Below, piece by piece: positions 37,095 through 44,180 of a stretch of 64,000 bases of DNA (position 1 is its first letter; each line of letters opens with the position of its first letter). The DNA is taken from NCBI GenBank assembly GCA_003353795.1, contig PIVY01000002.1, forward strand, positions 12,552 to 76,551, given 5' to 3'. The notes under the pieces are model-generated. The model had not been told where the DNA came from. It searched no databases and saw only the letters and a list, made by a program, of their open reading frames with translations. The stretch comes from a bacterium. GTDB taxonomy: Bacteria > Krumholzibacteriota > Krumholzibacteriia > LZORAL124-64-63. Both the position numbers and the translations under genes were made by a program.

Positions 37095-39887
37095 TCATCG
37101 GGGGAGATGTCCGACCTCCAGTTCGTAGGTCAACCAGGTGAGGTTCGCCCCGGAATCTGCTGCGATGTGGCGGCGGCGGACCTCGCTGAGCGCGTCCCAC
37201 GCGCCGGTCAGCCCCGCGCCGCGGGTGCGTGCGAGGAACTCGCTCATGAACGCCGCCGCGGCGGCGTCCTCGATGGTCCAGCGGGCGGCGATCACGCCCG
37301 CAGCGCCGGCGTCCGTGAAGGCATCGGCGAGGGACGGTCCGGTCACGGTTCCGATCGCGTGGCCCGAGGCGCTCCGGCAACTGGAGAGCACCACCAGCTC
37401 GCAGCCGGAGAGGTCCCGGCCCAGGATGTCGGCAAAGGTGAGCCGGTCACCGACGGGATCGTGATCGGCCGGGTCGGCGGCGCAGGGCAGGTAGCTGCGG
37501 TAGGGCATCTCCGGGTCATGGGTGGCGTGGCCCGCGAGGTAGATCATGCGGGCCCGGGGCAGGTGCTCGAGGATGGCCTGCTTGCGGGCGGCGGCGTCCA
37601 TCAGCAGCACGGGGTCGGGCAATCGCGCGGCGGCCAGCTCGGCCTCGACCCGGACGTACGGCAGGGAGCGGAGCGATGGGCGCTCGCGCTTCAGGGACGA
37701 CGAAAGCTCCGGCACGCCGACCACGCAGCTCAGGCGGTTGTCGCTTGCCGCGGTGGGCCCGTCGTCCACGAGCCGCAGGTAGGCCGTCTGCCAGCGCGCC
37801 GCGAGGGGCTGATAGTCCGCCGGATCGCCGAGATTGCAGGCCTCGAGCGCCAGCGGATCCACTGCTGCGGTGGTGGCGATGAGCAGGCGGCCGCCCGTGT
37901 CGGCCCGCACCCAGTCCGGCATGAGAACCTCGGTGACCTCGGCGAGCTCTCGCGCCAGCTCGCGGGATACGGGCGCGTGCGGCGTGGCTACCCCCTCGGC
38001 GAGGCGTAGAGGTACCACTGCCAGCAGGGGCGCCACGGCGTTCGCCGGGATCGAGTCGCAGGCGACGCTGCCGTCGATGATCTGCCAGCGGAGCACCTGG
38101 TCGCCGAGCCGGGCATACACCAGCGCCCGGTCGTCGCCGGTTCGCGTCCAGTCGGCGAGCTCGTCGGCCTCGCTGCGGCCAAAGGCCAGCAGGCGCTCCA
38201 CCGTGCCGCCTGCGCCGGTGACGTGGTGGGTGGTCGCGTATCGTCGGAGTTGTCGCCACGCCAGTTCGACGGCGAGGCCGCCGCGCGGATCGTCGGCGAA
38301 GTGGCGGTGGAGCTGCTCACGGAATCCGTCGAGGCGGCTCAGCATGAGGTACACCTCGACCCGCTCGCCCCAGGCCGAGAGCCTGGTCAACAGGTCGGCG
38401 AGAGCCGCGTCCGCGTGCACTGCAGCGAGGCTGGCGTCGCCCTGCAGCTCGGCGATCTGCAGCGCGAGGCGGCTAGTCTCGAAGCTCGGCGGCCCCGCGT
38501 CGACGGACCTGGCCAGGTGAATCGCGGCGCTGTCCGCCCGTCCCGCCGCCACGTGGCCCGACGCGATGATGGTGTGGAGGCGGCGGCCGTGGTCGCCGAG
38601 GCCTTCCCGCCGGACGTAGGCGAGGCCCTCGTAGGCAAGGGCGATGGCGCGGCGGTGCTCCCCCCGCTCGACGAGCCAGGATGACCAGTCGGCCAGGACG
38701 GTGGCGTAGTCGTAGTTCCGCGGCAATGAGGTCGTCAACTCGGCGAGGCACGCGTAGACCGAGTCCGCCGCGGCATGCCGACCCACGTGTGTCAGGTAGC
38801 CAGCCTGGGTGCGGAGGGTGACCGCCAGGTAGCTGGCCTGCCGCGGTTCGGCATTCAGGAGCGTGACCTGCCCGAGCAGCAGTTCGGCCCGCGGCAGTCT
38901 GCGGCCGACCAGGTCCCAGCAGCCGAGGTCAGCGTGGAAGGCGAGCCTGGCCGCCAGGAAGCGGACCTCGATGTATCCGGCGTCGAGCCGGCGCGCCACG
39001 GCCACGGCCTCGTCGTAGTGCTCGGCCGCCAGGCTGAGCTCGCCGCGACCGCGATGGTAGGCGGCCAGGATGGTGTGGATCCGGCCGGCCTGGGCGGGGA
39101 GTCGGGCTGCGAGGGCTAGTTCGAGGGCCTCGTCGGCCAGCAGCATGGCGGTGTCCCGGCGGCCGGCAGCGAGACGGTCGTCGCAGAGCGTTCCGAGCAT
39201 ATGGCTGAGCTGGGGCGTGAGTCCCGCCTCGCGAGCGAGGCGGATTCCGCGGTAGAGGTGCGCCCGCTTGCGGTGGTCCTGGCCGGCGTCGGCGGACAGT
39301 TCGACCATCCGGCTCTCGATATAGGTCTCGGACCAGGGGCAGCCGGCGAGGGAATCGGATAGGGCCTGCATGGCTCGGTACTTCTCGTCGACCGGGGCGT
39401 CGGTGGTCCGGTGGACGCGCATCACCTCATTCTTGAGGCGGGTCACGCGCAGGCCTTCGCTCGTCGGGTGCTCGCGCAGGTAGCGGACCAATGTCTGTGG
39501 ACCCTGCGAGTGACCGCGGTCGGCGACGATGGCGGCCAGGCGTTCGATGGCCGGCATCGTCTGCGCCAGTGACGATTCGTAGGCTGCGAGAGAGGTGTCG
39601 TCGATCGAGTCGATGATCAGGCCGACGTGGTCGATGAGCTGATGCGCATCGAGCGCGTCGCAGACCGCGGCGAGCTCGTCGTCGGTGCCGGAGACCAGGG
39701 CGTCGGCGAGGCGGGGGTCGAGGTTGGGCGCATGGCGGATCAGGATCGCGCCGGGAGCTTCGGCACCGGTGAGGCGCATGAGGACGATCACGGCCACGAC
39801 GACCACGATCGACGCGGCGGCGATCGACCATTTCGAAAGGGAACCGTGCCGGTGGGTGAAGGCCATCATCACGGGGTCACGGTTCAC
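37095..39887 (-). CDS. Membrane-anchored TPR-like / CHAT-domain (caspase-fold) protease
   Basis: GTG 39887 overlaps the anti-sigma stop (GTGA). There is one N-terminal TM (SIAAASIVVVVAVIVLMRL) with basic residues before it. About 590 aa of helical repeats follow. The C-terminal CHAT domain carries the His/Cys dyad contexts MIYLAGHATH and LVVLSSCRSASG. Confidence 0.85.
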   Translation of the reverse strand: MNRDPVMMAFTHRHGSLSKWSIAAASIVVVVAVIVLMRLTGAEAPGAILIRHAPNLDPRLADALVSGTDDELAAVCDALDAHQLIDHVGLIIDSIDDTSLAAYESSLAQTMPAIERLAAIVADRGHSQGPQTLVRYLREHPTSEGLRVTRLKNEVMRVHRTTDAPVDEKYRAMQALSDSLAGCPWSETYIESRMVELSADAGQDHRKRAHLYRGIRLAREAGLTPQLSHMLGTLCDDRLAAGRRDTAMLLADEALELALAARLPAQAGRIHTILAAYHRGRGELSLAAEHYDEAVAVARRLDAGYIEVRFLAARLAFHADLGCWDLVGRRLPRAELLLGQVTLLNAEPRQASYLAVTLRTQAGYLTHVGRHAAADSVYACLAELTTSLPRNYDYATVLADWSSWLVERGEHRRAIALAYEGLAYVRREGLGDHGRRLHTIIASGHVAAGRADSAAIHLARSVDAGPPSFETSRLALQIAELQGDASLAAVHADAALADLLTRLSAWGERVEVYLMLSRLDGFREQLHRHFADDPRGGLAVELAWRQLRRYATTHHVTGAGGTVERLLAFGRSEADELADWTRTGDDRALVYARLGDQVLRWQIIDGSVACDSIPANAVAPLLAVVPLRLAEGVATPHAPVSRELARELAEVTEVLMPDWVRADTGGRLLIATTAAVDPLALEACNLGDPADYQPLAARWQTAYLRLVDDGPTAASDNRLSCVVGVPELSSSLKRERPSLRSLPYVRVEAELAAARLPDPVLLMDAAARKQAILEHLPRARMIYLAGHATHDPEMPYRSYLPCAADPADHDPVGDRLTFADILGRDLSGCELVVLSSCRSASGHAIGTVTGPSLADAFTDAGAAGVIAARWTIEDAAAAAFMSEFLARTRGAGLTGAWDALSEVRRRHIAADSGANLTWLTYELEVGHLPR

Positions 39888-40744
39888 TCATCACCGTGAC
39901 GCGCGAGGATGGCCGCCGCGCGCGCGGCAACGGCCGATGGCGCGTGTCCGGCAAGCTGCTGGAGTGTCGGCAGGGCGTCGTCGGCATGGCCCAGGTCCAG
40001 CTGCACGATGGCCAGGTTCAGCAGCGTGGCTGGCTCCGTGTCGCCCGCCGCGATGGCGTCCTGTAGGAGAGCCTGCGCCCGTTCGAACTCTCCGCCGCGG
40101 TAGGCGACCACGGCGGCTGCCACAAGGACGGTCTCCGCGTCGGGGTAGCGCCGCAGGGCGTCCGTGGCAAAGGTGCGGGCGGTGGAGACCTCGTCCAGGG
40201 CGAGGTAGCCGCCGATCAGCCACATCGCGGCCGAGGGGTCGTTTGCCGAGTCGTGGTAGCGGTCGGCCAGGGCCTGCACGGAGGCCACGAGCGCCGAGTC
40301 TTCGGCGATGCCGCGCAGCGCCGGGCCGGCCTCGGGTTCGCCGACGGCGCCGGGGAAGACCATGGCGCCACCGTGCCGATCGGCCAGGACCCCGGCGATG
40401 GGGCCGACCAGTTCCGGCGCCAGCGGCGGCGGGTCGACGACGGGCGATACGATCAGGAACACCAGCACTGCGGCCATTGGCAGTCCCACGATCGCCGCCC
40501 AGCGCCGACGGGCCACGCGGGGTCTGACGCTGCCGCTCGTGCTGGCCAGAATGGTCGCCACCATCGAGGCCGGCGCGGCGAGCCCCTTCCGGGCGCGGAA
40601 TTCACGGCTCGTCGCCTCCGCCTCGAATACCGCATCCCGGCAATGCCGGCAGGACGCGAGGTGATCGCGTTGCCCTCGGCTCAGGCCGGACTCGCCGTGA
40701 TCGGCCAGCCGCGCCAGGAGTGCCGGGGACAGGTGCACGTTCAC
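39884..40744 (-). CDS. Zinc-binding (HxxxCxxC) anti-sigma factor with one TM and an extracytoplasmic TPR domain
   Basis: GTG 40744 overlaps the sigma stop (GTGA); the track N-terminal 230 codons are discarded. The ZAS motif is HLASCRHC. The TM is WAAIVGLPMAAVLVFLIVSPVV. The C-terminal TPR-like repeats are ..EFERAQALLQDAIAAGD..LNLAIVQLDLGHADDALPTL. Confidence 0.8.
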   Translation of the reverse strand: MNVHLSPALLARLADHGESGLSRGQRDHLASCRHCRDAVFEAEATSREFRARKGLAAPASMVATILASTSGSVRPRVARRRWAAIVGLPMAAVLVFLIVSPVVDPPPLAPELVGPIAGVLADRHGGAMVFPGAVGEPEAGPALRGIAEDSALVASVQALADRYHDSANDPSAAMWLIGGYLALDEVSTARTFATDALRRYPDAETVLVAAAVVAYRGGEFERAQALLQDAIAAGDTEPATLLNLAIVQLDLGHADDALPTLQQLAGHAPSAVAARAAAILARHGDE

Positions 40745-41640
40745 GACTTTGCCTCCAGCCCGAGGACGAGACGGCCGGCGCTGACGCCGTCGGCGACGCC
40801 GAAGGCCTTGCGGAGCTTCCGCAGGGCCCGTTCGACCACGGTGTAGGCCTGCCGCTGGTTCTTCAGCTTCATTTCCGACGCGATCTGGCGGGCCGACAGG
40901 TTGCGGCCGAAGCGCATGGCCAACGCCTGGCGCTCCTGCTCGTCGAGGCGGGCGAGTTCCGCGCGCATCCTGCTGAGCAAGTGGTCCCGCTCGTCGGTGT
41001 GCGACTCCGCCTCCGGCTCGATCTCGACGGTTCGGGACGAGGCCTCGTAGCGCACATGGTCCACGTACTCGAGCCAGCGACCCGAGGGCACGCCGAGGCG
41101 GTGGGCCTGGCGGTCGAAGCGCAGTCGACGGCGCGCACGGTGGTCCAGCTGTCCGTCCATGTCCGAGAGCAACGACAGGAAGTCTTCGTAGTCGAGCCGT
41201 GCGCCTTCCGATTGCATCCGGCCGTAGACCGCTTTCGACGGCCAGCCCTGGACGAAGAACAGCTCGAAGACCCGCTGGTCCGTGGCCGGACGGCGCAGGA
41301 TCGGTGCGGGCAGGCGCACACGGCCGCGTTCGCGGCGGAGGCGGTCGACGGCCGCGTTGCGGACGATGAGTACCAGCCAGGTCCCGAAGGACGAGCGGCC
41401 GTCGAACTGCTCGAGCTTGCCGCGGAAGAGGCACTCGAATACGTCGGCCACGACGTCGCGGGCGAGGTCGTGATCATGGAGATGTCTATGGGCGACGGAT
41501 AGGGCGAGGCCCGTATAGTCCGTCACGAGGTCGCGCCAGGCCTCCGTGGAGCCAGAGACGGCAGACTGGACCTGGGCGAGATCCTGGTGTCCTTGCAAGA
41601 GTGGTATCGCTCCGGTAGCTGCGGGGTTCGGCGCCGGCAA
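40741..41640 (-). CDS. Sigma-70 family (ECF-like) sigma factor with an unusually long sigma2-sigma4 spacer
   Basis: The sigma2 region is WRDLVTDYTGLALSVAHRHL..ARDVVADVF...FGTWLVLIVRNAAVDRLRRE. The sigma4 HTH is LDEQERQALAMRFGRNLSARQIASEMKLKNQRQAYTVVERALRKLRKAF. The start is assigned to TTG 41640 (uncertain). Confidence 0.8.
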   Translation of the reverse strand: MPAPNPAATGAIPLLQGHQDLAQVQSAVSGSTEAWRDLVTDYTGLALSVAHRHLHDHDLARDVVADVFECLFRGKLEQFDGRSSFGTWLVLIVRNAAVDRLRRERGRVRLPAPILRRPATDQRVFELFFVQGWPSKAVYGRMQSEGARLDYEDFLSLLSDMDGQLDHRARRRLRFDRQAHRLGVPSGRWLEYVDHVRYEASSRTVEIEPEAESHTDERDHLLSRMRAELARLDEQERQALAMRFGRNLSARQIASEMKLKNQRQAYTVVERALRKLRKAFGVADGVSAGRLVLGLEAKS

Positions 41641-41660
41641 ACGCCGTGGTTCCGCGACGA

Positions 41661-41689
41661 TTGTAACACATACTCGCCGTGCGTGTAAT
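41661..41689. promoter_or_regulatory. Promoter-like element of ambiguous orientation
   Basis: Plus strand reads TTGTAA (41661-66), 17 nt, TGTAAT (41684-89). The minus strand reads ATTACA, 18 nt, TACAAT pointing at the sigma gene. Both readings are plausible. Confidence 0.4.
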
Positions 41690-41695
41690 CCTCGG

Positions 41696-41784
41696 GACTC
41701 GTCCGTCTATAGCTACCATAGTTGGGGGATGAGGGAGAGACGCCGTCGGGACCGTCCAGCCATCGGGGCTGGGCGGTCCTTTTT
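41696..41784 (+). ncRNA. Candidate ~90-nt small RNA (promoter-like element to intrinsic terminator)
   Basis: It is defined only by the plus-strand reading of the 41661-41689 promoter and the strong terminator at 41749-41784. No convincing ORF is present, since MRERRRRD.. has no spacing to its G-run. Confidence 0.25.
41749..41784 (+). terminator. Strong intrinsic terminator with no annotated plus-strand gene upstream
   Basis: GGACCGTCCAGC (41749-41760), loop CATCGGG, GCTGGGCGGTCC (41768-41779). This gives 12 bp with one G-U, then TTTTT (41780-41784). Confidence 0.7.
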
Positions 41785-41816
41785 GGTATCGGCACGGGAA
41801 TCGATCCTGATTGGTC

Positions 41817-41845
41817 TTGACGGATCGCGCTCGTTGTCGTAATAT
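41817..41845 (+). promoter_or_regulatory. Sigma70-type promoter of the trp leader/operon
   Basis: TTGACG (41817-41822), 17-nt spacer, TAATAT (41840-41845). It sits in a locally AT-rich patch, ~50 nt upstream of the leader ATG. Confidence 0.6.
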
Positions 41846-41896
41846 TAAACATCAAATTCAAGCGCGCCGAGGTGCGCGCCCCGTCCGGAACCCGGA

Positions 41897-41986
41897 ATGG
41901 ACCCGATGACCCGCATCCGCAGCATCCTGATCGCGACCGACAGCCACCGTTATTGGTGGTCCTGGCGCGATCTGCCTTGCGGATAG
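41897..41986 (+). CDS. trpL: Tryptophan operon leader peptide (29 aa from ATG 41897, or 26 aa from in-frame ATG 41906)
   Basis: It encodes MDPMTRIRSILIATDSHRYWWSWRDLPCG*. UGG codons lie at 41954, 41957 and 41963. The stop TAG (41984-86) is embedded in attenuator segment 2. The ORF is too short for the ORF track. Confidence 0.65.
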   Translation: MDPMTRIRSILIATDSHRYWWSWRDLPCG

Positions 41987-42057
41987 GGGTCGTTCCGGAC
42001 ATCGAGACCAGCTGACAGACAGCCACCGGAACCGAAGCAGACCCGCTATCCGCAAGG
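41908..42057 (+). promoter_or_regulatory. Attenuator alternative pairings (segments 1, 2, 3)
   Basis: Segment 2, CCTTGCGGATAGGGGTC (41975-41991), pairs with segment 3, GACCCgCTATCCGCAAGG (42040-42057), over 17 bp with one bulge. Segment 1, GACCCGCATCCGCA (41908-41921), is a degenerate copy of segment 3 and can also pair with segment 2 (7 + 5 bp). Confidence 0.7.
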
Positions 42058-42072
42058 AGCGCGGGTTTTTTT
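42041..42072 (+). terminator. Attenuator terminator (segments 3:4)
   Basis: ACCCGC (42041-46) pairs with GCGGGT (42061-66). The upper stem is TCC-GCAA-GGA with a GNRA loop. A T7 run follows at 42066-42072, 27 nt before the trpE SD AAGGAG (42099-42104). Confidence 0.8.
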
Positions 42073-42111
42073 GTGCCCGGCAATGGCGCCGGGCGAACAA
42101 GGAGCGACCCC

Positions 42112-43590
42112 ATGGTCACGCCCGGCCTCTCGGACTTCCTCGATCTCGCACGCGACGGACGCACGGCGCCCCTGCGCCGCCGCATCCCCGCCGACCTGGA
42201 GACGCCGGTCTCTGCGTATCTCAAGCTGGCGCCCCTCGGTGCGGTCTGTCTGCTGGAGAGCGTGGAGCAGGGGATCCAGGTGGGGCGCTACTCGTTCATC
42301 GGCCTGGCGCCGCGATGCGCGGTCACCATCGAGGGCGACGCGGTCACCGTTGAGCGGGGCGGCGTCACCGAAACCAGCGACCTCGATCCCGCCGCGCCCT
42401 TCGCCGCCATCCAGGCCGAGCTCGAGCGGGCGCTGGACCTGGCCACCGGTGATCTGCCCGGCCCTCTCGGCGCGGCCGTGGGCTACCTCGGCTGGGAAAC
42501 CGTCCGCTACTTCGAGCGTGTGCCGCTGCCCACCGAAGGCCACGACGGTCTGCCCGATGCGCGCTTCGTGTTCCCGTCGCAGCTGGTGGTGTTCGACCAC
42601 GTGAAGAGCGAGATCGAGGTGGCGGTGCTGCCGCCGACCGAGCTTGCCGCGGAACCGGGATACGCGGCGGCGCAAGAGCACCTCGACCGTCTGCTCGCCG
42701 CCCTGCGCAGCCCGCTGCCGGCCGGCGCCATGCCCGAGCCGTGCGACCCGCTGGAGCCGGCGTCGCCCGAGATCCCGCGCGAACGTTTCGAGGCCTCCGT
42801 CGAGACCGCTCGCGAGCACATCCTGGCCGGCGACGCCTTCCAGATCGTGCTCTCGCAGCGTCTGCGTGGCCGCACGGCGGCGCATCCGTTCACGGTCTAC
42901 CGCGCGCTGCGCATCCTGAATCCTTCGCCCTACCTCTTCTACCTCGACTTCGGCGACTCCCAGCTCATCGGTTCGTCGCCCGAATCGCTGGTGGCCCTGG
43001 AGGGCGACCGCGCCCAGGTCTGCCCCATCGCCGGCACGCGGCCTCGTGGCGCCACGCCGGCCGAGGACAGCGAACTGGAAGCCGAGCTGCTGGCCAGCGA
43101 GAAGGAGAGGGCCGAACACCTGATGCTGGTGGACCTCGGCCGCAACGACCTCGGTCGCGTCTGTCGGCCGGGGACGGTCCGTCCGTCGAGCTTCCAGCAG
43201 GTGGAGCGCTACAGCCACGTCATGCACCTGGTCTCGCGGGTGGACGGTCGATTGCGGGAAGGTCTGGACGGCTGGGACCTGCTGCGCGCCACCTTCCCCG
43301 CGGGCACTCTCAGCGGCGCGCCGAAGATTCGCGCCATGGAGATCATCGGGGAGCTGGAGGACCGTCGGCGCGGTCCCTACGGCGGCGCGGTGGGCTACTT
43401 CGCGCCCGGCGGCGACCTCGACCTGTGTATCGCCATCCGCACCCTCGTGATGCAGGGCGACCGCTGGTGGGCCCAGGCCGGCGCCGGCATCGTGGCCGAC
43501 AGCGATCCCGCCTTCGAGTACGAGGAGACCCTGCACAAGCTGCAGGCCGTGACCCGCGCGGTGACCCGCGCCGAAGGAGGTCTGGAGTGA
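42112..43590 (+). CDS. trpE: Anthranilate synthase component I
   Basis: ATG 42112 lies 7 nt after AAGGAG; the track start 42073 falls inside the terminator. Family stretches are LLESVEQG..GRYSFIG, SPYLFYLDFGD, GTLSGAPKIRAMEII and RGPYGGAVGYF. Confidence 0.95.
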   Translation: MVTPGLSDFLDLARDGRTAPLRRRIPADLETPVSAYLKLAPLGAVCLLESVEQGIQVGRYSFIGLAPRCAVTIEGDAVTVERGGVTETSDLDPAAPFAAIQAELERALDLATGDLPGPLGAAVGYLGWETVRYFERVPLPTEGHDGLPDARFVFPSQLVVFDHVKSEIEVAVLPPTELAAEPGYAAAQEHLDRLLAALRSPLPAGAMPEPCDPLEPASPEIPRERFEASVETAREHILAGDAFQIVLSQRLRGRTAAHPFTVYRALRILNPSPYLFYLDFGDSQLIGSSPESLVALEGDRAQVCPIAGTRPRGATPAEDSELEAELLASEKERAEHLMLVDLGRNDLGRVCRPGTVRPSSFQQVERYSHVMHLVSRVDGRLREGLDGWDLLRATFPAGTLSGAPKIRAMEIIGELEDRRRGPYGGAVGYFAPGGDLDLCIAIRTLVMQGDRWWAQAGAGIVADSDPAFEYEETLHKLQAVTRAVTRAEGGLE

Positions 43591-44180
43591 TGTTGCTCAT
43601 GATCGACAACTACGACAGCTTCACCTACAACGTGGTGCAGGCGCTCGGCGAACTGGGCGCCGAGGTGACCGTGCGGCGCAACGACGCCGTCTCGCCGGAC
43701 GAGGCGGCGGCCCTGGCGCCGGCGGGCCTCATCATCTCGCCGGGCCCCGGCACGCCCGCCGACGCCGGCGTCTCCGCCGCGCTCATCGAGCAGTTTGCCG
43801 GACGCGTTCCGGTGCTCGGCATCTGTCTCGGCCACCAGACCATCGTCGAGGTCTTCGGCGGACGGATCCAGCGGGCCGAGCGGGTGATGCACGGCAAGAC
43901 CAGCCCGGTCTACAACGACGGCCGCACCATCTACTCCGGTCTGGGCAATCCGTTCACGGCCACCCGGTACCACTCGCTCATCGCCGTGGAGGGCGACCTG
44001 CCCGAAGCGCTCGAGATCAGCGCCTACACCGCCGAGGGCGAGATCATGGGCGTGCGCCATCGCCAGCTCGCCATCGAGGGCGTGCAGTTCCACCCCGAAT
44101 CGGTGATGACGCCCGAGGGCGCCCAGCTCCTTGGCAACTGGCTGCAGATCTGCACCGCGACGGGAGCGGTGGCGACATGA
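43590..44180 (+). CDS. trpG: Anthranilate synthase component II (glutamine amidotransferase)
   Basis: MLLMIDNYDSFTYNVVQ.. The triad context is GICLGHQ plus GVQFHPES. The start overlaps the trpE stop (TGATG), and GAAGGAGG lies upstream. Confidence 0.95.
   Translation: MLLMIDNYDSFTYNVVQALGELGAEVTVRRNDAVSPDEAAALAPAGLIISPGPGTPADAGVSAALIEQFAGRVPVLGICLGHQTIVEVFGGRIQRAERVMHGKTSPVYNDGRTIYSGLGNPFTATRYHSLIAVEGDLPEALEISAYTAEGEIMGVRHRQLAIEGVQFHPESVMTPEGAQLLGNWLQICTATGAVAT

Noticed and set aside
41729-41842. Small plus-strand ORF MRERRRRDRPAIGAGRSFLVSARESILIGLDGSRSLS in the sigma/trp intergenic region
   Set aside because: The G-run abuts the ATG with no spacing. The ORF reads straight through a strong terminator hairpin and the trp promoter, and its composition is Arg-rich junk.
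41858-42100. 80-aa minus-strand ORF and the 41523-42224 233-aa ORF covering the trp leader region
   Set aside because: There is no SD and the composition is Arg/Pro/Ser-rich. The region is fully explained by the plus-strand promoter, leader peptide and attenuator structures.
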